Source: Bacteroidales bacterium
GTDB taxonomy: Bacteria > Bacteroidota > Bacteroidia > Bacteroidales > UBA12077
Length of the DNA: 57,319 bases
Assembly: GCA_041686115.1 (NCBI GenBank)
Contig: JAWLEM010000001.1
Span: 1-57,319, forward strand
Direction: 5' to 3'
Positions 9,822-19,400 of the stretch are shown here, piece after piece. Each line of letters starts with the position of its first letter. Position 1 is the first letter of the stretch. The translations under genes and the position numbers were made by a program. Under the pieces are notes generated by a model that saw only the letters and a program-made list of their open reading frames with translations, was not told where the DNA came from and searched no databases.

Positions 9822-10562
9822 ATGAAAATCATTCAACACATTTCAATTACAACGGTTTTGATACTTATTATGGGCTTACAGCTTAATGCCCAGGAAGATT
9901 CTAAAGAAAATCCTAAGAAATTTACGAACCGTATGTTTTTATCCATGGGTACCACTTTCTCTGATTATGGTGATTTGAATTCCAGTTTAAGCCAGTTTGG
10001 TTATCCTGAACTTTCAGAAAATACCTTTATTATAGGCGGTTCCAGCTTTAAAATCATGAAAAAGTTTGTTCATGGTGCTGAAATACACGCAATTATGGGA
10101 GATAGAGCAGAAGGAAATAACTATGACGTATCCTTAAAAGGAATATCCGGGAAGCTAAATTTTGGTTATATATTATTTGAACCCGGAAATTTTGACCTGT
10201 TTCCGCACATTGGTGTTGGGGCATCATCATTGGTTTTAAATATGGACAGGAATATTGGCCAGGCTTCATTCGACGACATGATTCAAGATCCGGATGACGG
10301 AGCAGAATTATACAGAGCCGGGTTTATCGCGGATATAGGTATTAACTTACATTATTCCTTTGATTTTATGAAGAATAAGGAAAGAATGGGAGATATGGTA
10401 TTTGGACTCAGTGCAGGGTATATGTTTGATCCCTTTAACAGGGACTGGATCGTAAACGGAGAAAAACTAACGAATGGGCCGGATTTAAATCACAATAATA
10501 TATATGTTAAGATAATCATTGGGAAAGGAAGAGATAAAGCTTTCTCAGGGTATAAAAAATAA
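9822..10562 (+). CDS. Hypothetical secreted / outer-membrane beta-barrel-like protein
   Basis: Signal peptide (MKIIQHISITTVLILIMGLQLNAQ). The Gly/aromatic-rich alternating segments are typical of small beta-barrel outer membrane proteins. No specific family was recognised. Confidence 0.7.
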   Translation: MKIIQHISITTVLILIMGLQLNAQEDSKENPKKFTNRMFLSMGTTFSDYGDLNSSLSQFGYPELSENTFIIGGSSFKIMKKFVHGAEIHAIMGDRAEGNNYDVSLKGISGKLNFGYILFEPGNFDLFPHIGVGASSLVLNMDRNIGQASFDDMIQDPDDGAELYRAGFIADIGINLHYSFDFMKNKERMGDMVFGLSAGYMFDPFNRDWIVNGEKLTNGPDLNHNNIYVKIIIGKGRDKAFSGYKK

Positions 10563-10939
10563 ACAGGTTTTGCCTTAAGTTTTTGTATCTCTATCAATTC
10601 GGTGTTTTTTGGGGATTATGTTATTATTTTCAAGGAAGAAACGAGAAGAGAGGTTGTAAAAAATCATACCATAAAATACAGGGAGAACAAGGTTACTCCT
10701 AAATGGATATAAAAATTGCTGCTCTTCCCGGGAAAGGAATGTTAAATTCAATTTATGGTCAAAAGGCAAAAAATACATCTGCTGATATAACTGATCCGGA
10801 CTGGGAAGACAGTACATCATTTAAAAGATAGAAACCAAGTTTTAAACGGCACTTCGTATTTTCATTCATCTGTTAATACGAAGTGTGGATTTTATTCTCC
10901 GTTCTGTGTAATATCTCCCCACATTAATTTTTGCTGTTC

Positions 10940-11821
10940 TTAAAACTTGTAGGTTAGCCCTACACCAAAAACTTCTTTAAACTGAATCCTTGCTCCCTCT
11001 TCATTTCCTTCATCATCAGAAGTCTTAATATCATCATCATAAATAAGATGGGTGTTCAGGTTGGCCGATAAATAATCATTGATTTTCATATTAATCGACA
11101 TTTTCCAATCAACATCTACGTTCTGTGGATTTTCAAGATAATTGGTGAATAATCCTAACGTAGATTTAAGGGTTACATTTTTCATGATTTCTTTCTTCAC
11201 TCCCATGTTAGCAGATCCCCCTAGTTCCAATCTTGTTTTTTCTCCGGGATCAACGCCAAATGAACCTCTTGCAGAGAGGGTATCGTCCATTACCATGGTT
11301 AATTTCATTGCTGCCGGAGAAAGGACAAAATAAAACACTTCACCGGGTTTGTATTCCATACCTAAAGCCCCTTGTAAATAAGCAGGGGCAAAAAACCTGG
11401 AAATCACATAACTCGTATCTTCTTCATATTTTTTCCCGTCGTCCATTTGCGTATTAAAATTTAATAACGCGCTTATAAAAAATGATTCGGAAATTTTTCG
11501 CCCATATTTTGAAGTAAAATCAATATTATCATCCGTTTTTCGGACATCCAGTTCACCTTGTTTTTGGATACCATAACCAATATTTAATATATTCGACCAG
11601 TCGTTATTATCTTTTGAATACTCAAGCGCAAGATTTAATAAGCCATTAAATGCATATGAGTTTTCACCACCTGCAGACCAATTACTTAATGATACTTGCG
11701 AAAAATTTATTGAACTTACACCATTTAATTTCCAGTATTTTATGGTATCTGCTTTTTCCTGTGCACTTAATAATCCCGAACATATCAGTAATGAGGTTAT
11801 TAAATATATATTTTTTATCAT
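10940..11821 (-). CDS. DUF3078 domain-containing outer membrane protein
   Basis: Signal peptide, the characteristic INFSQVSLSNWSAGGENS motif and a C-terminal ...GLTYKF barrel terminus. Confidence 0.8.
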   Translation of the reverse strand: MIKNIYLITSLLICSGLLSAQEKADTIKYWKLNGVSSINFSQVSLSNWSAGGENSYAFNGLLNLALEYSKDNNDWSNILNIGYGIQKQGELDVRKTDDNIDFTSKYGRKISESFFISALLNFNTQMDDGKKYEEDTSYVISRFFAPAYLQGALGMEYKPGEVFYFVLSPAAMKLTMVMDDTLSARGSFGVDPGEKTRLELGGSANMGVKKEIMKNVTLKSTLGLFTNYLENPQNVDVDWKMSINMKINDYLSANLNTHLIYDDDIKTSDDEGNEEGARIQFKEVFGVGLTYKF

Positions 11822-11867
11822 AGTTGTATCATTAAGGTGTACATAAAAAGCTGATTCTTAAACGAAT

Positions 11868-12272
11868 TTAATCAGAAATAATGGAAATAACAACATCTCG
11901 TTTACTTCTTGGCCCATCAAACTCGCATAAAAAAATATTTTGCCACGTAGATAAGCCCAATTTACCATCAACGATTGGAATTGATTCGCTGGGGCCAACA
12001 ATTCCGGCTTTTAAGTGCGCATCGCCATTATTGTCTTGTGCATCGTGTTGCCAAACGCCTGGTGGAATTAATTTTTTTAATAAACTAACAACATCATTCT
12101 GCACCGAATCATCCCAGTTTTCCTGAATCATAATAGCAGCGGTTGCTCCCTGAACATAAACATTTACAATACCACTCTGAGTTTTACTCTCAGAAATAAT
12201 TCTTTCAACCTGAGTTGTAATATCGTACAGCCCGTTATGTTTATCGGTTGATATTTGTATGATTTTTTGCAT
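11868..12272 (-). CDS. yjbQ: YjbQ/UPF0047 family protein (secondary thiamine-phosphate synthase-like)
   Basis: 134 aa. Motifs include GIVNVYVQGATAAIMIQENWD, GDAHLKAGIVGPS and GLSTWQNIFLCEFDGPR. Confidence 0.8.
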   Translation of the reverse strand: MQKIIQISTDKHNGLYDITTQVERIISESKTQSGIVNVYVQGATAAIMIQENWDDSVQNDVVSLLKKLIPPGVWQHDAQDNNGDAHLKAGIVGPSESIPIVDGKLGLSTWQNIFLCEFDGPRSKRDVVISIISD

Positions 12273-12280
12273 AATATCGT

Positions 12281-12288
12281 TAAATTTG
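12281..12288 (+). promoter_or_regulatory. Candidate -7 promoter box (TAnnTTTG) for the hydrolase gene
   Basis: TAAATTTG lies 30 nt upstream of the ATG at 12318, in a 45-bp divergent gap. Confidence 0.35.
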
Positions 12289-12317
12289 GTTTGTATTATT
12301 TACTAATCTAAATAAAA

Positions 12318-13169
12318 ATGGACTACCAGTCAACTACCTATGCATCTTTTGATGGGATAAAACTTTCGGGCTACCTTTGGAAACCAGAAAACAATACTAA
12401 AGCAGTAATTAATCTTGTTCATGGTTTTGGCGAATATAGCGAGCGATATAATCATTGGGCAAAGCTTTTTGTAAAAAATGGTTATGTAGTTCATGCTATT
12501 GATTATCGTGGACATGGGAAATCAGACGGACGAAGAGGACATATCCAATCTTTCGATGATTATTTAAATGATATTGATGTTTTAATAAAAGAATCCAAAA
12601 AGCTGTATCCGAATTTGCCACAATTTATTTACGGGCACAGCCTGGGAGGAAACATTGTAACCAATTATATTTTAAAACGGAAAAATGATTTTAAAGGGGC
12701 AATCATCTCATCTCCCTGGTACAAGTTAGCTTTCGACCCGTCTGCTATAATGTTGTTTTTTGCTAAAATGATAAAACGTATTTTTCCAAAGTTTACACAA
12801 AATGCAAAACTGGACGTGAATAGGATTTCTCATGACAAAGATGTGGTTAATAAATACCTGGAAGATCCGTTGGTACACGAAAAGATATCGACAAGGATGT
12901 TTTTTGAAATCTACAATGCAGGGAATTGGGTTCTTGAAAACACTGACAAGATTAGTATCCCTGTATTGCTTCAACACGGAAATGCCGATAAAATAACCTC
13001 ACATAAAGCCAGTATAGAATTTGCTAAAAAAGCCCATGCTCAAAACAAAGATGTTACTTATAAGGAATGGGATGAAATGTATCATGAGTTACATAATGAA
13101 TTGGAATATGAAGAAGTATTTCGTTTTGTAATAAGTTGGATTGAAAAAATTTTAGTTAAATGTACATAG
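12318..13169 (+). CDS. Alpha/beta hydrolase (lysophospholipase / monoacylglycerol lipase-like)
   Basis: Nucleophile elbow GHSLGG, HGFGEYSERY oxyanion region, and conserved late Asp and His (HGNADKIT, YHELHNE). Confidence 0.85.
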   Translation: MDYQSTTYASFDGIKLSGYLWKPENNTKAVINLVHGFGEYSERYNHWAKLFVKNGYVVHAIDYRGHGKSDGRRGHIQSFDDYLNDIDVLIKESKKLYPNLPQFIYGHSLGGNIVTNYILKRKNDFKGAIISSPWYKLAFDPSAIMLFFAKMIKRIFPKFTQNAKLDVNRISHDKDVVNKYLEDPLVHEKISTRMFFEIYNAGNWVLENTDKISIPVLLQHGNADKITSHKASIEFAKKAHAQNKDVTYKEWDEMYHELHNELEYEEVFRFVISWIEKILVKCT

Positions 13170-13283
13170 TTATAAATGATGGATGCTGCGATTATCTGTG
13201 TTGCTTGTATCTGTTAAATCTGTGTTCTATTCATACAAATAAAAAACTCGCAGCTCACAGCTGAAAGCTCAAAGTATTAAATT

Positions 13284-14267
13284 ATGAAAACATTCAGAAC
13301 AATAATACAACCACAATCATCAAAAAATAAAATCAACTATCATACACCAGCACTATTTATGGGCTCGTGCTTTACCGAAAATATTGGAGATAAAATGCAG
13401 GCATTAAAATTCCCTGCAAAGGTTAATCCTTTTGGTGTTTTGTATAATCCTACTTCGGTACAAAATGGATTGGAATTACTTATTGACCAAAAACTATTTA
13501 CAAAAGGTAATCTGGATTTTTTTAACGAACAATGGTTTAGTTTTTACCATGATACTGAATTTTCGCATCCCGATTTACAAAAGTGTTTAGATAAAATAAA
13601 CACATCAATTAAATCAGCTGCAACCCAATTAAGAAAATCAAAATATTTAATTGTAACTTTTGGAACAGCATGGGTTTATAAATATTTAGAAACCGACATG
13701 ATTGTTTCGAATTGTCATAAGATTCCGGCCAAAAATTTCGAGCGATTTAAATTAGGGGTTGAAGATATTTTTGTAGAATGGGCAAAACTCATTAACCGGT
13801 TAAATGAGCTGAATAAAAATTTGAAAATCATTTTTACGGTAAGCCCTGTAAGGCATTGGAAAGATGGTGCTGTACAAAACCAGTTAAGCAAGTCGACACT
13901 CATTTTGGCTATCCACCAGTTGATTAAAATATTTAAAAATGTTGAATATTTCCCATCGTACGAAATTATGATGGACGATTTACGCGATTACCGATTTTAC
14001 GCCGATGACATGCTGCATCCTTCAAGCGCAGCTATTGAATATATTTGGGAACATTTCTCAGAAACTTATTTCGATTCCGAAACGAAACAAATTAATGCTG
14101 AAATAAATAAAATTTTACAGGCAAAAAATCACCGCCCGTTAAATCCTGAAACCGAAAATCACAGGAAATTTCTTAAAAATCAAATTCAACTGATTGAAAA
14201 AACTTCTCAATCGCACCCATTTATTGACTTGACAGAAGAGCTAAAATTTTTTAAATCGAGTTTATAA
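13284..14267 (+). CDS. GSCFA family protein
   Basis: The eponymous MGSCF motif (FMGSCFTENIG) lies near the N-terminus. 327 aa. Confidence 0.8.
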   Translation: MKTFRTIIQPQSSKNKINYHTPALFMGSCFTENIGDKMQALKFPAKVNPFGVLYNPTSVQNGLELLIDQKLFTKGNLDFFNEQWFSFYHDTEFSHPDLQKCLDKINTSIKSAATQLRKSKYLIVTFGTAWVYKYLETDMIVSNCHKIPAKNFERFKLGVEDIFVEWAKLINRLNELNKNLKIIFTVSPVRHWKDGAVQNQLSKSTLILAIHQLIKIFKNVEYFPSYEIMMDDLRDYRFYADDMLHPSSAAIEYIWEHFSETYFDSETKQINAEINKILQAKNHRPLNPETENHRKFLKNQIQLIEKTSQSHPFIDLTEELKFFKSSL

Positions 14268-14396
14268 AAAGCCCCGGCATTTGCACATATTGTTGTGGTT
14301 ATTGCTATGGTGTAGGAAAGCAAGGAATAATGTGCTTTTTGCGCCGGGACTTCAGGGAACTAACAACAATACTCTGGTTCCAAAATGTTATTAAAA

Positions 14397-15071
14397 CTAT
14401 TTTTCAAGCTTAAAATTGATTTTCTGAATAGTAACCAAATCTACACTATTATCTTCTAAATTTTTATAATTAACCTGCGTTGGTATACTAGGCACAAAAT
14501 CGGTACCCGAAGCTTTTTGCATCACTTTTGCTCCAATTAAGTTACCCACTCCGCCGCTTTCTTCCATAGCCGATTGCGATGTAATAAATGTAATTTCGGT
14601 AGCCCTGAAATTTTCTATCTGTTCGCCGCTTCCCTCAATTTCAGGATAACTGTCCTGGTTTTCAAGATAGATTAAGTCTCCCTTTTTATGAATTTTATAA
14701 TTCATTTTAGCCACCACTACATAGTTTTCAACTTCAAGCGTTGATTCCTTTTTGTTCCACGACTCAATTCTTTGATCTACTGTTGATTTAGGAATATAGA
14801 AACGGAATATGGCTTCGCCGTTATCGCCTTTTTCATCAAATTCTTTAAATTCAACAGTGGCTTTATCGTAAATAACACCCATTTTTTCGTCTTTCTTTTT
14901 GGCAAACGAAACAATATTCCATTCACCAATTAATTTAGATGTTACTTTTTCGTACTCTTTTGTTCCTTTTGTATGATAAGGATTTTTCTTTTTGGCTATT
15001 CCGTCTAACGGAAATACTAACAAAGCAATTATGCTTATTAATAACGCTTGTTTAAAAATTTTTGTTTTCAT
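14397..15071 (-). CDS. Hypothetical secreted protein
   Basis: N-terminal signal peptide (MKTKIFKQALLISIIALLVFPLDGIA) and a Lys/Glu-rich beta-type sequence. No recognised domain. It is the last gene of the kinase / response-regulator gene string. Confidence 0.7.
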   Translation of the reverse strand: MKTKIFKQALLISIIALLVFPLDGIAKKKNPYHTKGTKEYEKVTSKLIGEWNIVSFAKKKDEKMGVIYDKATVEFKEFDEKGDNGEAIFRFYIPKSTVDQRIESWNKKESTLEVENYVVVAKMNYKIHKKGDLIYLENQDSYPEIEGSGEQIENFRATEITFITSQSAMEESGGVGNLIGAKVMQKASGTDFVPSIPTQVNYKNLEDNSVDLVTIQKINFKLEK

Positions 15072-15116
15072 AATCCCTTAATTTTTAAGTTAATACTGAT
15101 TTTTGAGTTATTTAAA

Positions 15117-15602
15117 TTAATCTATATTGTTTAAATGATTCAATAAGTAACTTTTGAATTTTTTTTCAACTTCAAATTTCAACCCTCCAGCACAAAATAA
15201 AATCCCCTGATCGATAATATAGCTTTCTATAAAACTGGTATTTACAAGTACTCCGTCACTTATCTGTACAATATTATATTTTGAAAAAGAGTTGATGTAA
15301 TACTCTAGTGCTTCAGGAAGGAGATGCTCCGATTCGTCAACCAGATAGAGAAGCACACCTGAACCATCTTCTTTAATGCAAAAAATATCGGCAATTGCAA
15401 CCTTAATAAAACTATCTACCGTTTTTATAAATACCATTTTCTGATCATCGAATACCGAATGGATCCTATGGATTAATACATCCATGTCAATATTATAGTC
15501 ATCTTCGGTAAGAAACAATTTGATCTGATCGGCATTTGCTGTTATAAAAGATTTTAATTCTTCCTTACAGGTACTATCATCTATAATAATAAGATTATTC
15601 AT
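15117..15602 (-). CDS. LytTR DNA-binding domain protein with a vestigial receiver N-terminus
   Basis: The C-terminal ~100 aa aligns by eye with the LytTR domain of the adjacent response regulator. The N-terminus keeps IIIDDS but lacks the phospho-acceptor region. Confidence 0.7.
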   Translation of the reverse strand: MNNLIIIDDSTCKEELKSFITANADQIKLFLTEDDYNIDMDVLIHRIHSVFDDQKMVFIKTVDSFIKVAIADIFCIKEDGSGVLLYLVDESEHLLPEALEYYINSFSKYNIVQISDGVLVNTSFIESYIIDQGILFCAGGLKFEVEKKFKSYLLNHLNNID

Positions 15603-15709
15603 GCCAATTCATATTTGGCATGAAAATAGGTATGATTTTTTAAAAAAAATTAAAGGATTAATATTTGCGGGGGATCAATTAAAATTTGCTCCGTTTTTGA
15701 TGATATTTG

Positions 15710-16459
15710 CTAAATGCGTTCAAAAATTTTCATCAATTCATCCCGCTTTCGTGTGGCAACCGGAACCGTGGAATCGTCCTGCATGATCAAGTATCCACCA
15801 TCAAGTTTATGATATTGTTTAATAAAATTAATATTTACAATATGAGATTGGTGTGGACGAAAAAACTGATAATCTTTTAACATCTCATAATACTCTTTAA
15901 TATTTTTCGATACCATTAATGCAGGCCTGTTGATAAAGAAAAATTTAGTATAGTTACCTTCAGATTGGCACCTTAGAATCTCATTTACATTAATCAAGTG
16001 TATGCTATCACTGGTTTTTAGCACAATCTTTTTGATTTCTTTCGAGATATTATCAATATTCTCAAGAAAAGCTTCCAGTTTCTTTTTCGTATTTTGCTGG
16101 TGACGGGCTTTTTTTACTTTCTTTACGGCCAGTTTAAACTCTTCAATATCAATGGGTTTGATTAAATAGTCTATGGCGCTGAATTTAAATGCCTTAATGG
16201 CGTGTTCATTATAAGCCGTAATAAAAATGGTAGAAAAATTAATTTCATCAAACTGATTCAGAATATCGAATCCTGTTCCATCAGGTAATTTAATATCAAG
16301 CAAAACAAGGCCTGGCTGCAAGTTTGAAATCAACTTTACTCCCGAGCTTACATCGTCAGCATCACCAATAATATTTATATCATCAAAGTGCTTTTCGACG
16401 ATTTGCTTAATTGCTTCCCTCGCATTTTTTTCATCATCAATAATTACTGCCTGAATCAT
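15710..16459 (-). CDS. LytR/AlgR-family response regulator (receiver + LytTR)
   Basis: Receiver motifs VIIDDE, phospho-acceptor LLDIKLPDGTG and TAYNEHA. A C-terminal LytTR domain is present. The start lies 6 nt after the kinase stop. Confidence 0.9.
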   Translation of the reverse strand: MIQAVIIDDEKNAREAIKQIVEKHFDDINIIGDADDVSSGVKLISNLQPGLVLLDIKLPDGTGFDILNQFDEINFSTIFITAYNEHAIKAFKFSAIDYLIKPIDIEEFKLAVKKVKKARHQQNTKKKLEAFLENIDNISKEIKKIVLKTSDSIHLINVNEILRCQSEGNYTKFFFINRPALMVSKNIKEYYEMLKDYQFFRPHQSHIVNINFIKQYHKLDGGYLIMQDDSTVPVATRKRDELMKIFERI

Positions 16460-16465
16460 GCTAAT

Positions 16466-19400
16466 TTATTTTTTAATTTTAACAGGAATAGTAAAAACAA
16501 CCCTGGTACCACTTTTACCCTCCCCTTCTAAATCAATTACTTGTATTTTTATATTTTGTTTCGTTATTTTCTTTAAATTTAAAATTCTTTCGTTTGTTAT
16601 CTTCATTCCAAGGCTTTTATGGCCTTTGCTGCTGGTTTTATTTAGTTTTTTCGATTTATCGATTCCAATACCGTTATCTTCAATAGTATAAATAATATTC
16701 TTTTCAACCAGCCAAATGCCTATATTCAGATTATACTTTTTGTCTTTTTTGTAAAACCCATGCTCAATGGCATTTTCAATAAATGGTTGAGCCAGCATAG
16801 GCGGTATCATGATCTCTTCTTTATTAATTTTCGGATCGACTATAATCTTAAATTGAAACTTCTCATCGAACCGAAGTTTTTGTAAATCAAGGTAATTACC
16901 TATGGTTTGTATTTCACTCTCGACAGTAATTAATGATTCGCGCGAATTCTCTAGAATTAAACGAAGTAACCTCGAAAACTTTGTTAAAAACCTGTCGGCT
17001 TCCTCGTTTTGCTGGGCATATATAAAACTCTGAATTGAAAATAAAGCATTAAAAATAAAGTGCGGATTCATTTGCGATCTTAAAAGTTTTTGTTCCAGCT
17101 GAGCATTCTCTTTCTCTGCCCGGTATTTGCGGAACCTTAAGTACAATATCCACCCAATAATTGAAAATTTAATAATGAGAATCAAAGTATAAAACCACCA
17201 CGTTTGCCAAAAAGGAGGTTCAATATTTATTCTTAAAGTTTTTATATCTCCTTCAGTTCCATCGGGGGCAATAGCAAATACTTTAAAAATATAATCACCG
17301 TGTTTAATATCGGTATACACAGCAGATAAATCATTATTTGCACTTACCCAGCCTGGATCAACCCCCTCGAGCAAATATTTATATTCAAATTGCTGCGGAT
17401 TGTAATAATTCAGAGCCGAAAATTTTATTGTAAAAAAGTTCTCCTTATAGTGCAGGTTTATTTCATCCGTATTAATAAAATCAGTTTTATACACTTGATC
17501 AAAAATCTTGAATTTGGTTATTTGTACTTCAGGTTTTTGGTATTTAAAATCAATATCCTCAGGATGAAAAACATTAATTCCGTTAACACCTCCAAATACC
17601 AACTGGCCGCTTTTTAATTTTGTTGAAGCATTAGAAAAAGCATTTGCCTGCAAACCATCTTGCTCGTAATAATTAGCAAAAACAGCATTCTGCGGATTAA
17701 AACGACTCAATCCATTGTTGGTTGCAATCCACAGATTAGACTGATTATCCTGTTCAATACTCATGATCTCATCTCCGGGCAATCCATCAGTCCTATAAAA
17801 ACGTTTAAACTTAAGTGCCTCCTGGTTAAATAAATTTAAACCATCATCGGTACCAACCCATATATTCTGATCCTGATCCTGGAAAATACAATGAATAGTA
17901 TTGCTTGAAATACTCGTTGAATCATTTTTTAAATATACAAAATGTTTGATCGTACGTGTTTCTGGATCAATCATATTTAATCCGCCGTTGGTTGTACCAA
18001 CCCAAATATAACCATTATTATCTTCGAACAAATCACTTATTAAATGCGATGTTAAAGAAAACCGGTCTGGTTGATTAAAAGCTTCAAATGCTTTCTTTTC
18101 AGAATTATATTTACATAAACCATTATCGGTTCCAATCCAGATATTTTGATTAAAATCAGCTGTAACAGATAAAATTTCATCACTTACTATATTTTCTTCC
18201 GGGTTATTACCGGAACAAAAATGTTTAACTTCCTTAAATTGATTTATCAGGAATATACCATTATCGGTTCCAATAAAAATTGTACTGTCAGAATACTGGT
18301 ATGTACTAAGTATATTAAGATTTTTTAATTCAGGTAAGGAAAAATCATTTTTTAATCTACTGATCTGATCATCATATACATAAACATCGTTTTTAGTAAA
18401 AATCCATAAGTAGTTATTATGATCATAAAAAACTTTTGTGATGATTTCATTTTTTAACTCATCAATCAGAAAGCTTTTTTGATTGTTTTGATCGAAAGTT
18501 AAGATTTGGTTATGTGTTACCAGGGAATATGAAGTTTCTTTTTGGATAATGTATTTTAAATTTTTGATAGGTGATGAATTAATATTTTCCGTATAATAAT
18601 TCTTAGTCAAAAAATCAAAAACAAGCAGATGATTATCAACAACAAACCACGCCTTGCTTTTGTCCGGATTGATATTTAAGAAACGATAATCCCTGTCCGT
18701 TTCAAATGGGAAATCACTAAATACATTTTCATTGGCTGATATATTGATTATTCCGCTATCGGTTATCAACCACTTTTGATTTGATTTGTCGATCAAAATT
18801 TCGAATACTGTATTAAAATCAATGATATCTTTATAGTGTACCTTATTAAACTCGGAATAATCATTATCGCCACTAGTGTAAGCAAAATACTTTCCTGTTT
18901 TGTATTGATATTTGTAAATAAAACCTTTTTTGCTTGCCATCCACAAATTTTGTTTATCGCTGGCAAGTGCGGTGATTTCTTGTTTTAGTGGCAGGTTTGA
19001 TGGTTTAAAATGATCCGGTTCAAATCTTTCTTTATTACGATTAAATAAATGTAAGCCAGACGAGCCCCAAAATCCAATCCAGAAATTATGGTTTTTATCT
19101 TCGAGAAAATCGCTATACCAATCCCGTTTTAGGGTATTTGGATCATAAGCATAATGAGTAAACTCATCATCCAGTGGGTTGTATTTACAAAAACCAACGC
19201 CCTGCCATAAACCAACCCATAATTGATTATTACTATCGAAATAAAGTTTGGAAACATGGTTAGATTTTAAGTTTTTATAATCCTCCTGCCGATAATGTTT
19301 TATCTCAGCAGTTTCTAAATGATAAGAATCAAAACCTTTATTGTTGTACCCAATCCATAAATGATCATTTGTATCAGCAGTTAACGTTGAAACATTATTG

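Noticed and set aside
10575-10820. 81-aa minus-strand ORF in the 377-bp convergent gap
   Set aside because: It has no recognisable motifs or signal peptide, its composition is atypical (Leu/Phe/Tyr/Pro-rich), and it runs antisense to a better-punctuated small plus-strand ORF. It is treated as non-coding, and the region is reported as a finding instead.
13194-13227. Three ATCTGT(G/T)T repeats upstream of the GSCFA gene
   Set aside because: They are only 6-9 nt long with irregular spacing (15 and 9 nt), in AT-rich intergenic DNA. This is too short to distinguish from chance without comparative data.
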